The position numbers were made by a program, and so were the translations under genes. The notes under the pieces were generated by a model. It searched no databases and was not told the origin of the DNA. It saw only the letters and a program-made list of their open reading frames with translations. Of a stretch of DNA of 64,000 nucleotides, positions 8,487-17,450 are shown in pieces. Origin of the DNA: a virus (lineage: Duplodnaviria > Caudoviricetes); the IMG/VR virus record IMGVR_UViG_2974668079_000001, positions 1-64,000 of that record, one strand, 5' to 3'. Each line of letters starts with the position of its first letter. Within the stretch, counting starts at the first letter, position 1.

Positions 8487-8541
8487 CCTCCCTGTTGAAT
8501 ACATTTACTAATCTACTAACTCAGCAGGGAGTTTTACTAAA

Positions 8542-9090
8542 ATGGCTACTATCACTAATCTTCAAAAAGTTATCCTTCACGCAGTTGCTACTATCAAAGA
8601 CTGCACGGGCTACAACGTAGCTCACCACTTCATGCCCGCTAATGACCTCCACTGGACCGCCTCTCACCAGCAGGTATACCGCGAACTACGCCGTATGGAG
8701 TCTGCGGACCTAGTGGACAGCCGCGAAGTCCCACAAGACGGCAAGCCTAACAAGTTCGTGTACACGCTGACCGAGAAGGGTAAGAAAGCGTATCAAGAAG
8801 CTATCGCCCACGAGCCATGCGACTACGCTGGTCTTAACACCCAAGCTACCATCCACGCGCTGTTCCCAACTGTAGAGTACTACGTGGCGTTTTTGCAGAA
8901 GCGTAACGAAGAGTGTGACGCCCTGTACTTCCGCAAGTGTGAAGACGGTGTGTCTAAGCTGGAAGAGATTCTTATTGACCGTCGAATCTTGATCCTACAT
9001 GCCGAGTGTACGTTCGCGCAGAAGATGATCGTAATGCTGTCTGAGCAGCAGGAAGCGATTGAGGGCGAATCTGAAGAAGTGGTCAAGTAG
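8542..9090 (+). CDS. aphA: PadR-family regulator, AphA-like
   Basis: TGYNV...WTASHQQVYRELRRME...LV...PQDGKPNKFVYTLTEKGK closely follows Vibrio AphA as recalled (TGYDI...WKASHQQVYRELNKM...LV...PQEGKPDRKVYSITQAGR); similar length and helical C-terminal domain. Confidence 0.85.
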   Translation: MATITNLQKVILHAVATIKDCTGYNVAHHFMPANDLHWTASHQQVYRELRRMESADLVDSREVPQDGKPNKFVYTLTEKGKKAYQEAIAHEPCDYAGLNTQATIHALFPTVEYYVAFLQKRNEECDALYFRKCEDGVSKLEEILIDRRILILHAECTFAQKMIVMLSEQQEAIEGESEEVVK

Positions 9091-9117
9091 TTTACTAAAC
9101 TTAAAGGAGCGGGCGTC

Positions 9118-9447
9118 ATGCGTTTCGAGACTATCAATATTTACCACAAGTACGGGAAGTGGATCGGCGGTGGTCAGCTAAGTAGCCGCAGTTTGGCGGA
9201 GCTGCTTTCCGCTGCGGTAAAACCTCACCAACGCGTGGTCTCAATGGTTTACCATGAGAACCACGGCATCTCATCCAACTACGACATAGTCCTAGAAAAC
9301 CACGGGGTGCAGGTGCTGGACAACGTGCATGAGAACCACACGTACTACGTTAACAAGTGCGCTAAGGACTGGCAGGAGGATTCCCTGTTGAATCCAGAAG
9401 CCGAGGCTACGCAGGCTAAGCCAGCATCACGGTCTCGTAGAAAGTAA
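9118..9447 (+). CDS. Hypothetical protein, 109 aa, Arg-rich C-terminus
   Basis: AAGGAG RBS; ends KPASRSRRK. Confidence 0.7.
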   Translation: MRFETINIYHKYGKWIGGGQLSSRSLAELLSAAVKPHQRVVSMVYHENHGISSNYDIVLENHGVQVLDNVHENHTYYVNKCAKDWQEDSLLNPEAEATQAKPASRSRRK

Positions 9448-9452
9448 CTACT

Positions 9453-9478
9453 AAGCCCTCGCACTGCCGGGGGCTTTT
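9453..9478 (+). terminator. Rho-independent terminator
   Basis: AAGCCCTCG...CGGGGGCTTTT. Confidence 0.7.
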
Positions 9479-9514
9479 CGTTATACTCCACCGCAAAAAT
9501 CAGGAGGTAATAAC

Positions 9515-9847
9515 ATGGCTTTATCTAACGTTTTTGACATCTTGTTCGGAGGTGGTTTTAGTACACCGGGAAACTTCGTGGCTGGAGACGTGCTCGACCA
9601 GATCGTTGCCTACACCGAACCATCACGCTCGGAGGCTGGCAGCACGCTGACATCGCTGTACACGAAATACCCAAACTTCAAGACGACCTGTAGGACGGAG
9701 CTGCCAAAGCACATGCGTGTTACTAGCAGTGAGATCAACACTATCTTCTCACAGTTGGACAGCAATTCAGCAGCGACACTCTCCACCCTTGCTAATAGTA
9801 TCGCACTGAAGTGGCTTGAGCACGTAAACGACAGTAGGCAACTCTAA
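9515..9847 (+). CDS. Hypothetical protein, 110 aa
   Basis: AGGAGG RBS. Confidence 0.75.
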   Translation: MALSNVFDILFGGGFSTPGNFVAGDVLDQIVAYTEPSRSEAGSTLTSLYTKYPNFKTTCRTELPKHMRVTSSEINTIFSQLDSNSAATLSTLANSIALKWLEHVNDSRQL

Positions 9848-9878
9848 TCCGTATAATTACTAAAAACGGAGATTAACA

Positions 9879-10175
9879 ATGCGCAAAGAAGTATCATGCT
9901 TTAGTAAGAGTGGAAAGCTCACTAAAGACATGAAAGTTATTTTAGACATAGCCACCACTATCGAGTTGGCAATCGTAAACAATCCTGACAAAGACCGAAT
10001 CCAAGTTATTAAGGAAACGGCTCGACGTCTTAAGCAATCACCCCAGTACCGAAAGCTGTGGGCACAGTCGATCCTAAACAAGTACCTACACGCCGACGAA
10101 ACCGTATCCAAGGCACAGCAGGACACTATCGACAGCCTATTCTCGCTCCGGGCGGCTGGGTACAAAACTTACTAA
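9879..10175 (+). CDS. Hypothetical protein, 98 aa
   Basis: GGAG RBS. Confidence 0.7.
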   Translation: MRKEVSCFSKSGKLTKDMKVILDIATTIELAIVNNPDKDRIQVIKETARRLKQSPQYRKLWAQSILNKYLHADETVSKAQQDTIDSLFSLRAAGYKTY

Positions 10176-10185
10176 GGAGATTGAT

Positions 10186-10839
10186 GTGGGAGCACTTCCT
10201 AACAACAACCGCAAGGAGTCGAACGACTCTCCAGACCTTTACGTTACTAACCACCCACTGGCTATTCCGGGGCTGTTCTCCCGCTGGCGTCCAGAGAGCG
10301 GTTCTATCATCCTTGAGCCCTGCTGCGGACTTTGCCACATTTCGGATAAGCTGGAGGAGTTCGGTCACGTAGTACACAGCTTCGACATGTTTAACTGGGG
10401 GCGTGGTAACGCTCGTGAAGAGTATGACGCTCAGTCGTACCATTACGGTGAGTATGAGTGCATTATTACTAATCCACCCTACAACCGAGCTATGCCAATC
10501 GTAGAGAACCTACTGGAGCAGAATCTGGCTAAGGGCGGGTATATGGCTATGCTGGTACGTCTGGAGTTTCAGACGGGTAAGGCACGAGCGGCGGCTCTTG
10601 AGCAGACCCCTTTGAAGTACATCCTACCGTTCGCATTCCGTATCGAGTGTGACAAGGGTGTAGTCGTGGAGGAGCTGGCGGACGGCTCTTTTGAGACAGA
10701 GTTGGAGAAATCCCCGAACTCATCAAACTACGCTTGGTTTGTCTGGGAGGATGGTTACGAGGGCTACCCTACTACGATGTACATCCACCAAGACATGGCT
10801 GAGCAAACACTGGCAGAACTTACTAATAGAGAGGTTTAG
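10186..10839 (+). CDS. Amino (N6-adenine/N4-cytosine) DNA methyltransferase, phage type
   Basis: Motif I-like ILEPCCGLCHIS and catalytic motif IV IITNPPY; AAGGAG RBS with GTG start. Confidence 0.8.
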   Translation: MGALPNNNRKESNDSPDLYVTNHPLAIPGLFSRWRPESGSIILEPCCGLCHISDKLEEFGHVVHSFDMFNWGRGNAREEYDAQSYHYGEYECIITNPPYNRAMPIVENLLEQNLAKGGYMAMLVRLEFQTGKARAAALEQTPLKYILPFAFRIECDKGVVVEELADGSFETELEKSPNSSNYAWFVWEDGYEGYPTTMYIHQDMAEQTLAELTNREV

Positions 10840-10843
10840 TAAA

Positions 10844-11242
10844 ATGGAAAATATTACGGCTAAGCAGATAGCTGACGACATCGAAGAGCTGTTGGAGAAC
10901 GCTGCTGTGTACATCCAGCGTCAGGTTAATCCCATGCTCTTGAAGATGCGTACAGAGCAGTGCATCGACCTTTACGGATTTGTGATGGATAGGGACTCCA
11001 CGGCTACTTTCTTCCACTGCAATGTACCTGCGGAGGAGATACGCGGTATTTACGCCAGCACGGGCGAGGTACTGATCCGTAAAGAAGTACCGCTAACGCA
11101 TGGTCGTTTGTATCCGTCACTGGCTCTGGCTAAGAACCGTGCTAGTCACCGAGTGGCTAACCGTATTGAGAAGCTGCGAGCGTACAGCCGATCACTGTCA
11201 ACAGTCACCACGAACGACGTCAGCACCATCCAAGTTAAGTAG
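10844..11242 (+). CDS. Hypothetical protein, 132 aa
   Basis: GAGG RBS plus TTTAGTAAA before ATG 10844. Confidence 0.7.
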   Translation: MENITAKQIADDIEELLENAAVYIQRQVNPMLLKMRTEQCIDLYGFVMDRDSTATFFHCNVPAEEIRGIYASTGEVLIRKEVPLTHGRLYPSLALAKNRASHRVANRIEKLRAYSRSLSTVTTNDVSTIQVK

Positions 11243-11250
11243 CGTACTCT

Positions 11251-11285
11251 ACGATGCAAGGGCGTCACGTCTTCCCTTGCATCGT
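11251..11285. other. Perfect 12-bp inverted repeat (intergenic hairpin)
   Basis: ACGATGCAAGGG-11 nt-CCCTTGCATCGT. Confidence 0.85.
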
Positions 11286-11376
11286 GCTAAAGAGTTGAAC
11301 GCTGTGTACAACCGCAAGAGTGACTTTTTTAGTTAGACGTATATTTGTATGAACCATTTTACTAAGAGTAAGGGAG

Positions 11377-11823
11377 ATGAGAAGACGAGAGAGAAGAACG
11401 GCTGATCAGCCTGCCATTATGTGGGAATGGGAAGATCTAAAGGACAACCCTAATAAAGTCGTATCCGCACTACTTACAAGCTCGTACCTGTATTACCTGC
11501 GCAGCGACTTACGTCCCATAATGCGAGACGAAGACTTTGACCTATGTTGCAAATTACTAAGACGTAGATACCGTGAAGTAACGCACATGCACAAGTCCTT
11601 GATCAAGATGTCCGACCTACGCGCCGGAACCTTGTTTAGACTCCGGGACCACGATTACCCAACCATCACGAAGGTGGTGGCTGTAGAATTGTCTCTGGGG
11701 ACGATTAACGACATGAGGCTACCAACGCCTCAACCCGCCGTTAAAAACGCCACCACGAGCCGGAGAACTCGAAATAAAGCTGCTCCTAGGCGGGAGCGTA
11801 GTCGCAAGAAGGGGTTTTTATAA
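11377..11823 (+). CDS. Stand-alone NAD-ligase subdomain Ia-like protein with Arg-rich ends
   Basis: SSYLYYLRSDLRPIMRDEDFDLCCK resembles the YY..D.P.ISD.EYD motif of LigA domain Ia; no other ligase domains. Confidence 0.6.
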   Translation: MRRRERRTADQPAIMWEWEDLKDNPNKVVSALLTSSYLYYLRSDLRPIMRDEDFDLCCKLLRRRYREVTHMHKSLIKMSDLRAGTLFRLRDHDYPTITKVVAVELSLGTINDMRLPTPQPAVKNATTSRRTRNKAAPRRERSRKKGFL

Positions 11824-11824
11824 G

Positions 11825-12280
11825 ATGACTATCACCGGGACGCTAATTATCCTACTCCTCATGATGGAGGCGCTATCGTGGGGATTCTGGGTACTATGGC
11901 GTAAGTTAGTAAAATCAGGACGCATTCCTACCATCAAGTTTAATAAGCGCCGACACTGGTGTGACCTTAAGTACGTCTACACGCGTGCTGAGTGGCGGGG
12001 GCATAGGACTCCGTTCGTATGGGTTACTGAGCGGGAGTATCCGATACCAGAGTTTACTAAGAACCACCCGGACGAGCTGGCGACAGCTGCGGTTCGGGAC
12101 TTTGTTGCCCAGCTCATAAACGATAGTGAGTTCGTACTAGATGCCGCCGATAAAGAGGAGATGTTCTCGCAGTACAGTATCTGGCTTACTAAACATGCAA
12201 TGCCGGACAACGGCTACGCGATCATAGAAGACTGGCGAGACCAGCTAAACCCAGCGAAGGATGGAATTGACGATGAATAA
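11825..12280 (+). CDS. Membrane-anchored hypothetical protein
   Basis: N-terminal hydrophobic helix followed by a basic patch. Confidence 0.65.
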   Translation: MTITGTLIILLLMMEALSWGFWVLWRKLVKSGRIPTIKFNKRRHWCDLKYVYTRAEWRGHRTPFVWVTEREYPIPEFTKNHPDELATAAVRDFVAQLINDSEFVLDAADKEEMFSQYSIWLTKHAMPDNGYAIIEDWRDQLNPAKDGIDDE

Positions 12281-12923
12281 CGATAAAGTGAAGGAATTAC
12301 TAATTGAGCAGTACGGGGCGCTATTAGAGGAGCCAACAGATTTCTTTATACAGCCTAGAGATGATGAGTTCTTCTTCGAGCTAAACAACACTAAGGCGTA
12401 TTCAATCCGTAACCCGTGGGATGCGAGCCAGCCGAAGGTCCCTACGGTGGAAACCTGCGTTACCGCTTTCGGTGAGCTGTGCGCAGCTGCTGGCATTTTC
12501 CTAAACGAAACTGTGCAGGGTACGGAATTTGTGGGAGACGGTACTGGTAAGTTCGATTTCCTAAAAATCCCAGTGCGCGGGGTGATCGTGGCTATCACGG
12601 TTATCGAAGCTCCATCCTCGCTTGGGGCTGTGCAAGTTATCGGTCAGACTGCGGATCGTTGCTTTGCTCTGGTTACGGTCTACCGCGAAGACTCACAGAT
12701 AAATAGTCAGGGCAATGAGTTCATCGCTCAGACTATGAATCTGAAGACTGGCAAAGTACACACATGCCTGTTCCGTCTAGCTGTCGCTGAAGACCAAGAC
12801 ACGTTCCCAGTGTACGTTCCGAAGATGGTGTCAGTGAATGGCTACTACAACGCGCAGGAAGCCGTTGACAACCAAGCTGAAGACGTTAAGAATATGGTCC
12901 CAGTGGCTGACTTTACTGAGTAG
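12273..12923 (+). CDS. Hypothetical protein, ~216 aa
   Basis: Long ORF overlapping the previous stop. Confidence 0.7.
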   Translation: MNNDKVKELLIEQYGALLEEPTDFFIQPRDDEFFFELNNTKAYSIRNPWDASQPKVPTVETCVTAFGELCAAAGIFLNETVQGTEFVGDGTGKFDFLKIPVRGVIVAITVIEAPSSLGAVQVIGQTADRCFALVTVYREDSQINSQGNEFIAQTMNLKTGKVHTCLFRLAVAEDQDTFPVYVPKMVSVNGYYNAQEAVDNQAEDVKNMVPVADFTE

Positions 12924-12957
12924 GTCACTAGGCGAACCGGACTTCCTTCGGGAAACC

Positions 12958-12993
12958 AAAGCCCTCACATCTAGCGGTGTGGGGGCTTTTTTT
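12958..12993 (+). terminator. Rho-independent terminator ending the early region
   Basis: AAAGCCCTCAC...GTGGGGGCTTTTTTT. Confidence 0.8.
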
Positions 12994-13032
12994 GTATCCT
13001 ACGGCTGACAATTTACTTAACGAGGACTGCGT

Positions 13033-13377
13033 ATGGCAGACATAAAGGAGGGCGTGCGTTCGAAACTAGACCTATATGAAGTGCAGCTAGGGCGCTGCTT
13101 TTACTGCTGTAAACCGATGTCTCCGGGCTCTTACCAACCGAGCGTCCGTGCCAACGGCTTTACTAGGGACCACTTTATACCGAAGTGTGAGGGTGTTCCC
13201 GGATTTCACAATATTGTTTTAAGTTGTAAGTACTGCAACGAGAAGAAGGCAGACAAGGAGCCTTCAAATAAGGCTCTGGCTAAATACGAGTTATTACTAA
13301 GAGTAAGGGCTGTGTTCCCTGACCATAATCACAAAGACTCGGTACGGCTTTCTCGTTGGAAGATTAAGTACTTTTAA
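13033..13377 (+). CDS. HNH endonuclease adjacent to the terminase
   Basis: CFYC...TRDHFIPK...NIVLSCKYCNEKK (HNH with Zn-binding cysteines). Confidence 0.85.
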   Translation: MADIKEGVRSKLDLYEVQLGRCFYCCKPMSPGSYQPSVRANGFTRDHFIPKCEGVPGFHNIVLSCKYCNEKKADKEPSNKALAKYELLLRVRAVFPDHNHKDSVRLSRWKIKYF

Positions 13378-13396
13378 GTTTAGTAAAGGAGACTAT

Positions 13397-14701
13397 ATGA
13401 GTTTCTGGCGTAAAGAAGAGCCAGTGATGGACGAGAACGGCAAACTGATCAAAGGCGGTATGTTTGCCCACCAACGCGAGTTTTGGGAATCAGAGAGTTT
13501 CATCACCGCGTTAGTAACCGGGTACGGTGGTGGGAAGACCTTTACCGCAGGCAAGATCAGTATCTCAATGGCACTGGAGAATCCCGGCATACCGTTTATG
13601 TGTGTGTCTCCGTCGTACAAGGTCGCTCGTAAGACGATGGTAATTACTATCAAGGAACTGCTGCAAGGTAAGCAGTCTTTGCTAGAGGGCTTTAGTTGGA
13701 AGTACAACAAGGCGGATTGGGAGTTCTTGATCCGATACAAAGGTCGTGAGGGTATTATCTGGATCGGCTCAGGCGATGACCCGGACGCCCTTAAAGGTCC
13801 TAACTTGTGTGGGGCTCTGATTGACGAACCGTTCATCCAATCACGCGAGGTATTCGAGCAGATGCTTGCTCGTGTCCGTCACCCTAACGCCCGTACTAAA
13901 CGGATCATGCTGACAGGCACCCCGGAGGACTTGAACTGGGGATACGACATCACTGAGGGTGAGGAGAAGGAGAACTTCGACGTACACTTGGTGCAGGCAT
14001 CTTCGAAAGAAAACAAAGCACTTGGTAAGGAGTACACGGAACGCCTTGAGCGTGGTCTTAGTGCTCAGGCTGCTGAGTCGTACGTTAGTGGTAAGTTCGT
14101 ACCGCTGGCTAAGGGTCGTGTTTACTACGGCTTCACTCGTGAGCGTAACGTTATGGAGTTCCCGGAGATTCCTAAAGGAGCTAAGATTGGATTTGGTCTC
14201 GACTTTAACGTTAACCCGATGTCGGCGGCTATGTTCTGGTCTTTGAATGGACACATCCACTTCTTTGACGAGATCTTACTACCGAACTCGGACACCTACG
14301 ACATGTGTGAGACAATATTGGCTGAGTATGGACAGTACCGCCCTATCTGTTACCCGGATGCTACCGGGCGTAAGCGTCAGACTAACGCCGCTGGCGGTAT
14401 GACCGACTTCCGTATAATTAGGGATGAGTACAAGATCAAGATTGACGTTGGTTCTACCAACCCGCCTAAGCGTGACCGATACAACATAGTAAATGGCAAG
14501 CTGAATCCTAAGAAGGGCTTGCCTACTATGACTATCTCACCGAAGTGCGTGAAGATGATCCGTTACTTAGAGTCGTACTCACACGAGAAAATGAAGCAAC
14601 AAGAAGAGATGTCCCACATCTTGGATGCTATGGGCTACCCTGTAGCGAGGATGTTCCCGCTACACATGCGTGCGGGCGTTACTAAACTTGCAGGTCACTA
14701 A
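13397..14701 (+). CDS. terL: Terminase large subunit
   Basis: Walker A GYGGGKT, Walker B ALIDE, nuclease motifs GLDFNVNPMSA and HILDAMGY. Confidence 0.95.
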   Translation: MSFWRKEEPVMDENGKLIKGGMFAHQREFWESESFITALVTGYGGGKTFTAGKISISMALENPGIPFMCVSPSYKVARKTMVITIKELLQGKQSLLEGFSWKYNKADWEFLIRYKGREGIIWIGSGDDPDALKGPNLCGALIDEPFIQSREVFEQMLARVRHPNARTKRIMLTGTPEDLNWGYDITEGEEKENFDVHLVQASSKENKALGKEYTERLERGLSAQAAESYVSGKFVPLAKGRVYYGFTRERNVMEFPEIPKGAKIGFGLDFNVNPMSAAMFWSLNGHIHFFDEILLPNSDTYDMCETILAEYGQYRPICYPDATGRKRQTNAAGGMTDFRIIRDEYKIKIDVGSTNPPKRDRYNIVNGKLNPKKGLPTMTISPKCVKMIRYLESYSHEKMKQQEEMSHILDAMGYPVARMFPLHMRAGVTKLAGH

Positions 14702-14714
14702 GGAGATTTTACTA

Positions 14715-16283
14715 ATGGCTGAAGAAAACAAGAAGGCTGAGAAAGTTACATTCACAGCTAAAGAGATTGAGCACAAGAATAAGATTTACACCCAGAAGAT
14801 TAAACGCTGGGAGAAGAACCGCCTAGTGTGTGCTGGTACAGACGCTGTGAAGGAGGCTGGCGTTAAGCTGTTGCCTCAGTTGGAAGGTCAGTCAACCGAC
14901 GAGTACGATGCTATGGTAGTTCGTGCTAACTTCTTCCCCGGAGCTCTACGTGCCCTGCACGGTACTAATGGCATGATCCACGCCAAGACTCCAACCATCA
15001 CGTTCCCGGAAGGCAAGATGTCTTATTTAGATAACATCGGTCTATCGGGCTCATCTATCGCGGAAGTGGCAGAGGAAATTACCGAGGAGCAGATGCTCCA
15101 AGGCTGGGTGGGTATCTTTGCGTTCTACAACTCCGTTCCGGGTACAAGCGAGCTAAAGCCGTTCCTGTCAGTAATCCGCGCCGAGAACATCTGGGACTGG
15201 CGCTTCGGTGTGGTAAATGGCGTTAAGCAACTAACGTACGTCAAGTTCGTTGAATACGTCGAGTCCCCTGACTCCAACATGTTCCTATCCGTTGAGATTC
15301 CGCAAGTAACTCAGCTGTGGTTAGACAAGAATGGTAAGCTTAACTACCGCATTGTGCAGAAGCAACCGGGCGAGCAGAAGGGTGAAGCTTCATGGGTCCA
15401 AAAACAGGGCGGTGCAGTTTTAGTAAGAGGTAAGGAAGTCGAGGGAGTTCCTTTCCGTTTGATCGGTGCTCGTAAGATGTCGGGTCGTCCAGAGGAAGCT
15501 CCTATTGAGCCTATCGTAGACGTCAACATCTCACACTACATCACCTCCGCCGACTTGGAGCAGGGTCGCCACTTTACCGCACTGCCAACACCGTACATCT
15601 GTTCCGCATCGTTAGACCCAGACAAGGACTTCCGCATCGGTGGTTACAACTGCTGGATCATCCCGGAGAACGAAGCCAAGGTAGGTATGCTTGAGTACAC
15701 CGGGCAAGGTCTGCTTTCACTGGAGAAAGCCGATACTGAGAAGAAATGGGAAATGGCAGTACTGGGTGCTCGTATGCTCCAGAACGACAAGAAAGCCAAT
15801 GAGTCTAAAGACACGGTCCGACTACGCCAGACGGGTGAGAACAGTATCGTTACTAACGTTGCACGCCAGTGTTCCGTAGCACTAACCTACCTCCTTGGTA
15901 AATTCATTGCCCCGTGGACCCTCGTCTCTAGCGGTACGAAAGTAGGCTTCGTACTAACCACAGACTTCTTGACCATCGAGATCTCAACCGAGATGCTGAA
16001 CTCAATGGCTGCGCTGGTGGCTACCGACAAGATGTCTATGGAAACATTCTTCTACAACTTGCAGCGTGGTGGTATCTACGAAGCTGGTACTACTCTTGAG
16101 AAAGAGATGCAGCGTATCGAGAAGCAGTTTGAAAAGCAGATGAAGCAACTTGGTCGTAAGAGTGACGTGGTGGACTTAGACGATGAAGAAGACGAGATCC
16201 CGGACGATGAGCAGGCTAAGAAGGACGAGAAGAAGACTGCGACTAATGACCACGTAGACAATCAAGCTAAGAGTAAGGATTAG
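14715..16283 (+). CDS. Portal protein (DUF4055-like)
   Basis: Follows TerL; PIVDVNISHYITSADLEQGRHFTALPTPYI motif; AGGAG RBS before ATG 14715. Confidence 0.9.
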   Translation: MAEENKKAEKVTFTAKEIEHKNKIYTQKIKRWEKNRLVCAGTDAVKEAGVKLLPQLEGQSTDEYDAMVVRANFFPGALRALHGTNGMIHAKTPTITFPEGKMSYLDNIGLSGSSIAEVAEEITEEQMLQGWVGIFAFYNSVPGTSELKPFLSVIRAENIWDWRFGVVNGVKQLTYVKFVEYVESPDSNMFLSVEIPQVTQLWLDKNGKLNYRIVQKQPGEQKGEASWVQKQGGAVLVRGKEVEGVPFRLIGARKMSGRPEEAPIEPIVDVNISHYITSADLEQGRHFTALPTPYICSASLDPDKDFRIGGYNCWIIPENEAKVGMLEYTGQGLLSLEKADTEKKWEMAVLGARMLQNDKKANESKDTVRLRQTGENSIVTNVARQCSVALTYLLGKFIAPWTLVSSGTKVGFVLTTDFLTIEISTEMLNSMAALVATDKMSMETFFYNLQRGGIYEAGTTLEKEMQRIEKQFEKQMKQLGRKSDVVDLDDEEDEIPDDEQAKKDEKKTATNDHVDNQAKSKD

Positions 16284-16286
16284 TAA

Positions 16287-17405
16287 ATGGCGAACTTTAG
16301 TGACAATCTGGCGGTAGTTTACGCAGACCACCAGATTGACCTATACCGCTATGAAGCCAACCAGCGGCAAGACATTGCCGCTTTCCTACTGGCAATGGCG
16401 GACGAGATAAGAGAGGCGTTACTAAAAGCTGACTTCGGCTCACAGCCGTTTGTTACTAAACGTAAACTCAATGCGTTACTAAAAGAAATCGAAGCAATCA
16501 TCAAGCAGTACTACAAAGACGCTCGTGACTACCAGCTAGGCGAGCTGAAGCAGTTAAGCGTAATCGAATACGCTTGGGCTATGTCTGCGATGAACAACAC
16601 CATTGGTGCCAGCCTGTTCGAGACCTTCCTTACTAATCACTTCCTAGAGAGTGTCGTTAGTAATGTCCTGATTGAAGGTGCTCCGTCTAAAGAGTGGTGG
16701 GCTCGTCAGGCTACAGACACAATGGAGAAATTTGTAGACCAGATACGTATGGGTGTAGCACTCGGTGAGACTAACGATCAGTTAATCGAACGGGTGAACG
16801 GCAAGTTCCTCCATAAGTTCGGCAAGCGTAAGATGTCTGATGGTAAGGTTAAACGCTACGGCTTGTACGAGGGTGGAATACTCAAGACATCGCGCTCTAA
16901 CGCTGAGACTTTAGTAAGAAGTTCCGTGCAGGCTATTGCGAATGATGCTAAGATGCGAATGTACGCAGCTAACGACGACCTACTGCATGGTTATCAACAG
17001 CTATCGGTACTGGACTTAAAAACATCTGACATCTGTATCGCCAGAAGTGGTCTTGCGTGGACGGTAGAGGGTAAGCCGATTGGGAATCACAAGAAGCGTT
17101 TCCGAATCCCCCCTCTACACTGGAATTGCCGATCACTGCTGTTACCGATTCTGAAATCGTGGCAAGATATGCCGGGTAAAGTGCGTACTAGCCTTCCGGG
17201 AAGTATGCAGGCAAGTATGGATGGTCTAGTTAGTGCTGACCAAACGTACGAAGATATGCTCAAGCGTCGTACAGATGCTGAGATCAAGAAGAAGCTTGGA
17301 CCGGGTAGATTCGAGTTGTGGAAACAGGGTAAACTAACACTACGCGATCTCACCGACCAAGATGATCGACCATTAACATTGAAAGAGTATCGAGAAAGTG
17401 CTTAA
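16287..17405 (+). CDS. Minor head protein (SPP1 gp7 / Mu gpF family)
   Basis: AETLVRSS...LSVLDLKTSDIC...PPLHWNCRS motif. Confidence 0.9.
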   Translation: MANFSDNLAVVYADHQIDLYRYEANQRQDIAAFLLAMADEIREALLKADFGSQPFVTKRKLNALLKEIEAIIKQYYKDARDYQLGELKQLSVIEYAWAMSAMNNTIGASLFETFLTNHFLESVVSNVLIEGAPSKEWWARQATDTMEKFVDQIRMGVALGETNDQLIERVNGKFLHKFGKRKMSDGKVKRYGLYEGGILKTSRSNAETLVRSSVQAIANDAKMRMYAANDDLLHGYQQLSVLDLKTSDICIARSGLAWTVEGKPIGNHKKRFRIPPLHWNCRSLLLPILKSWQDMPGKVRTSLPGSMQASMDGLVSADQTYEDMLKRRTDAEIKKKLGPGRFELWKQGKLTLRDLTDQDDRPLTLKEYRESA

Positions 17406-17450
17406 AATACACCTCGATTTTACTAACAGTAACAGAAAGGAAATACAACC

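Noticed and set aside
8542-9090. PadR protein as a lysogeny repressor implying a temperate lifestyle
   Set aside because: No integrase, partition genes, divergent cI/cro switch or peptidase S24 domain; all genes are co-oriented.
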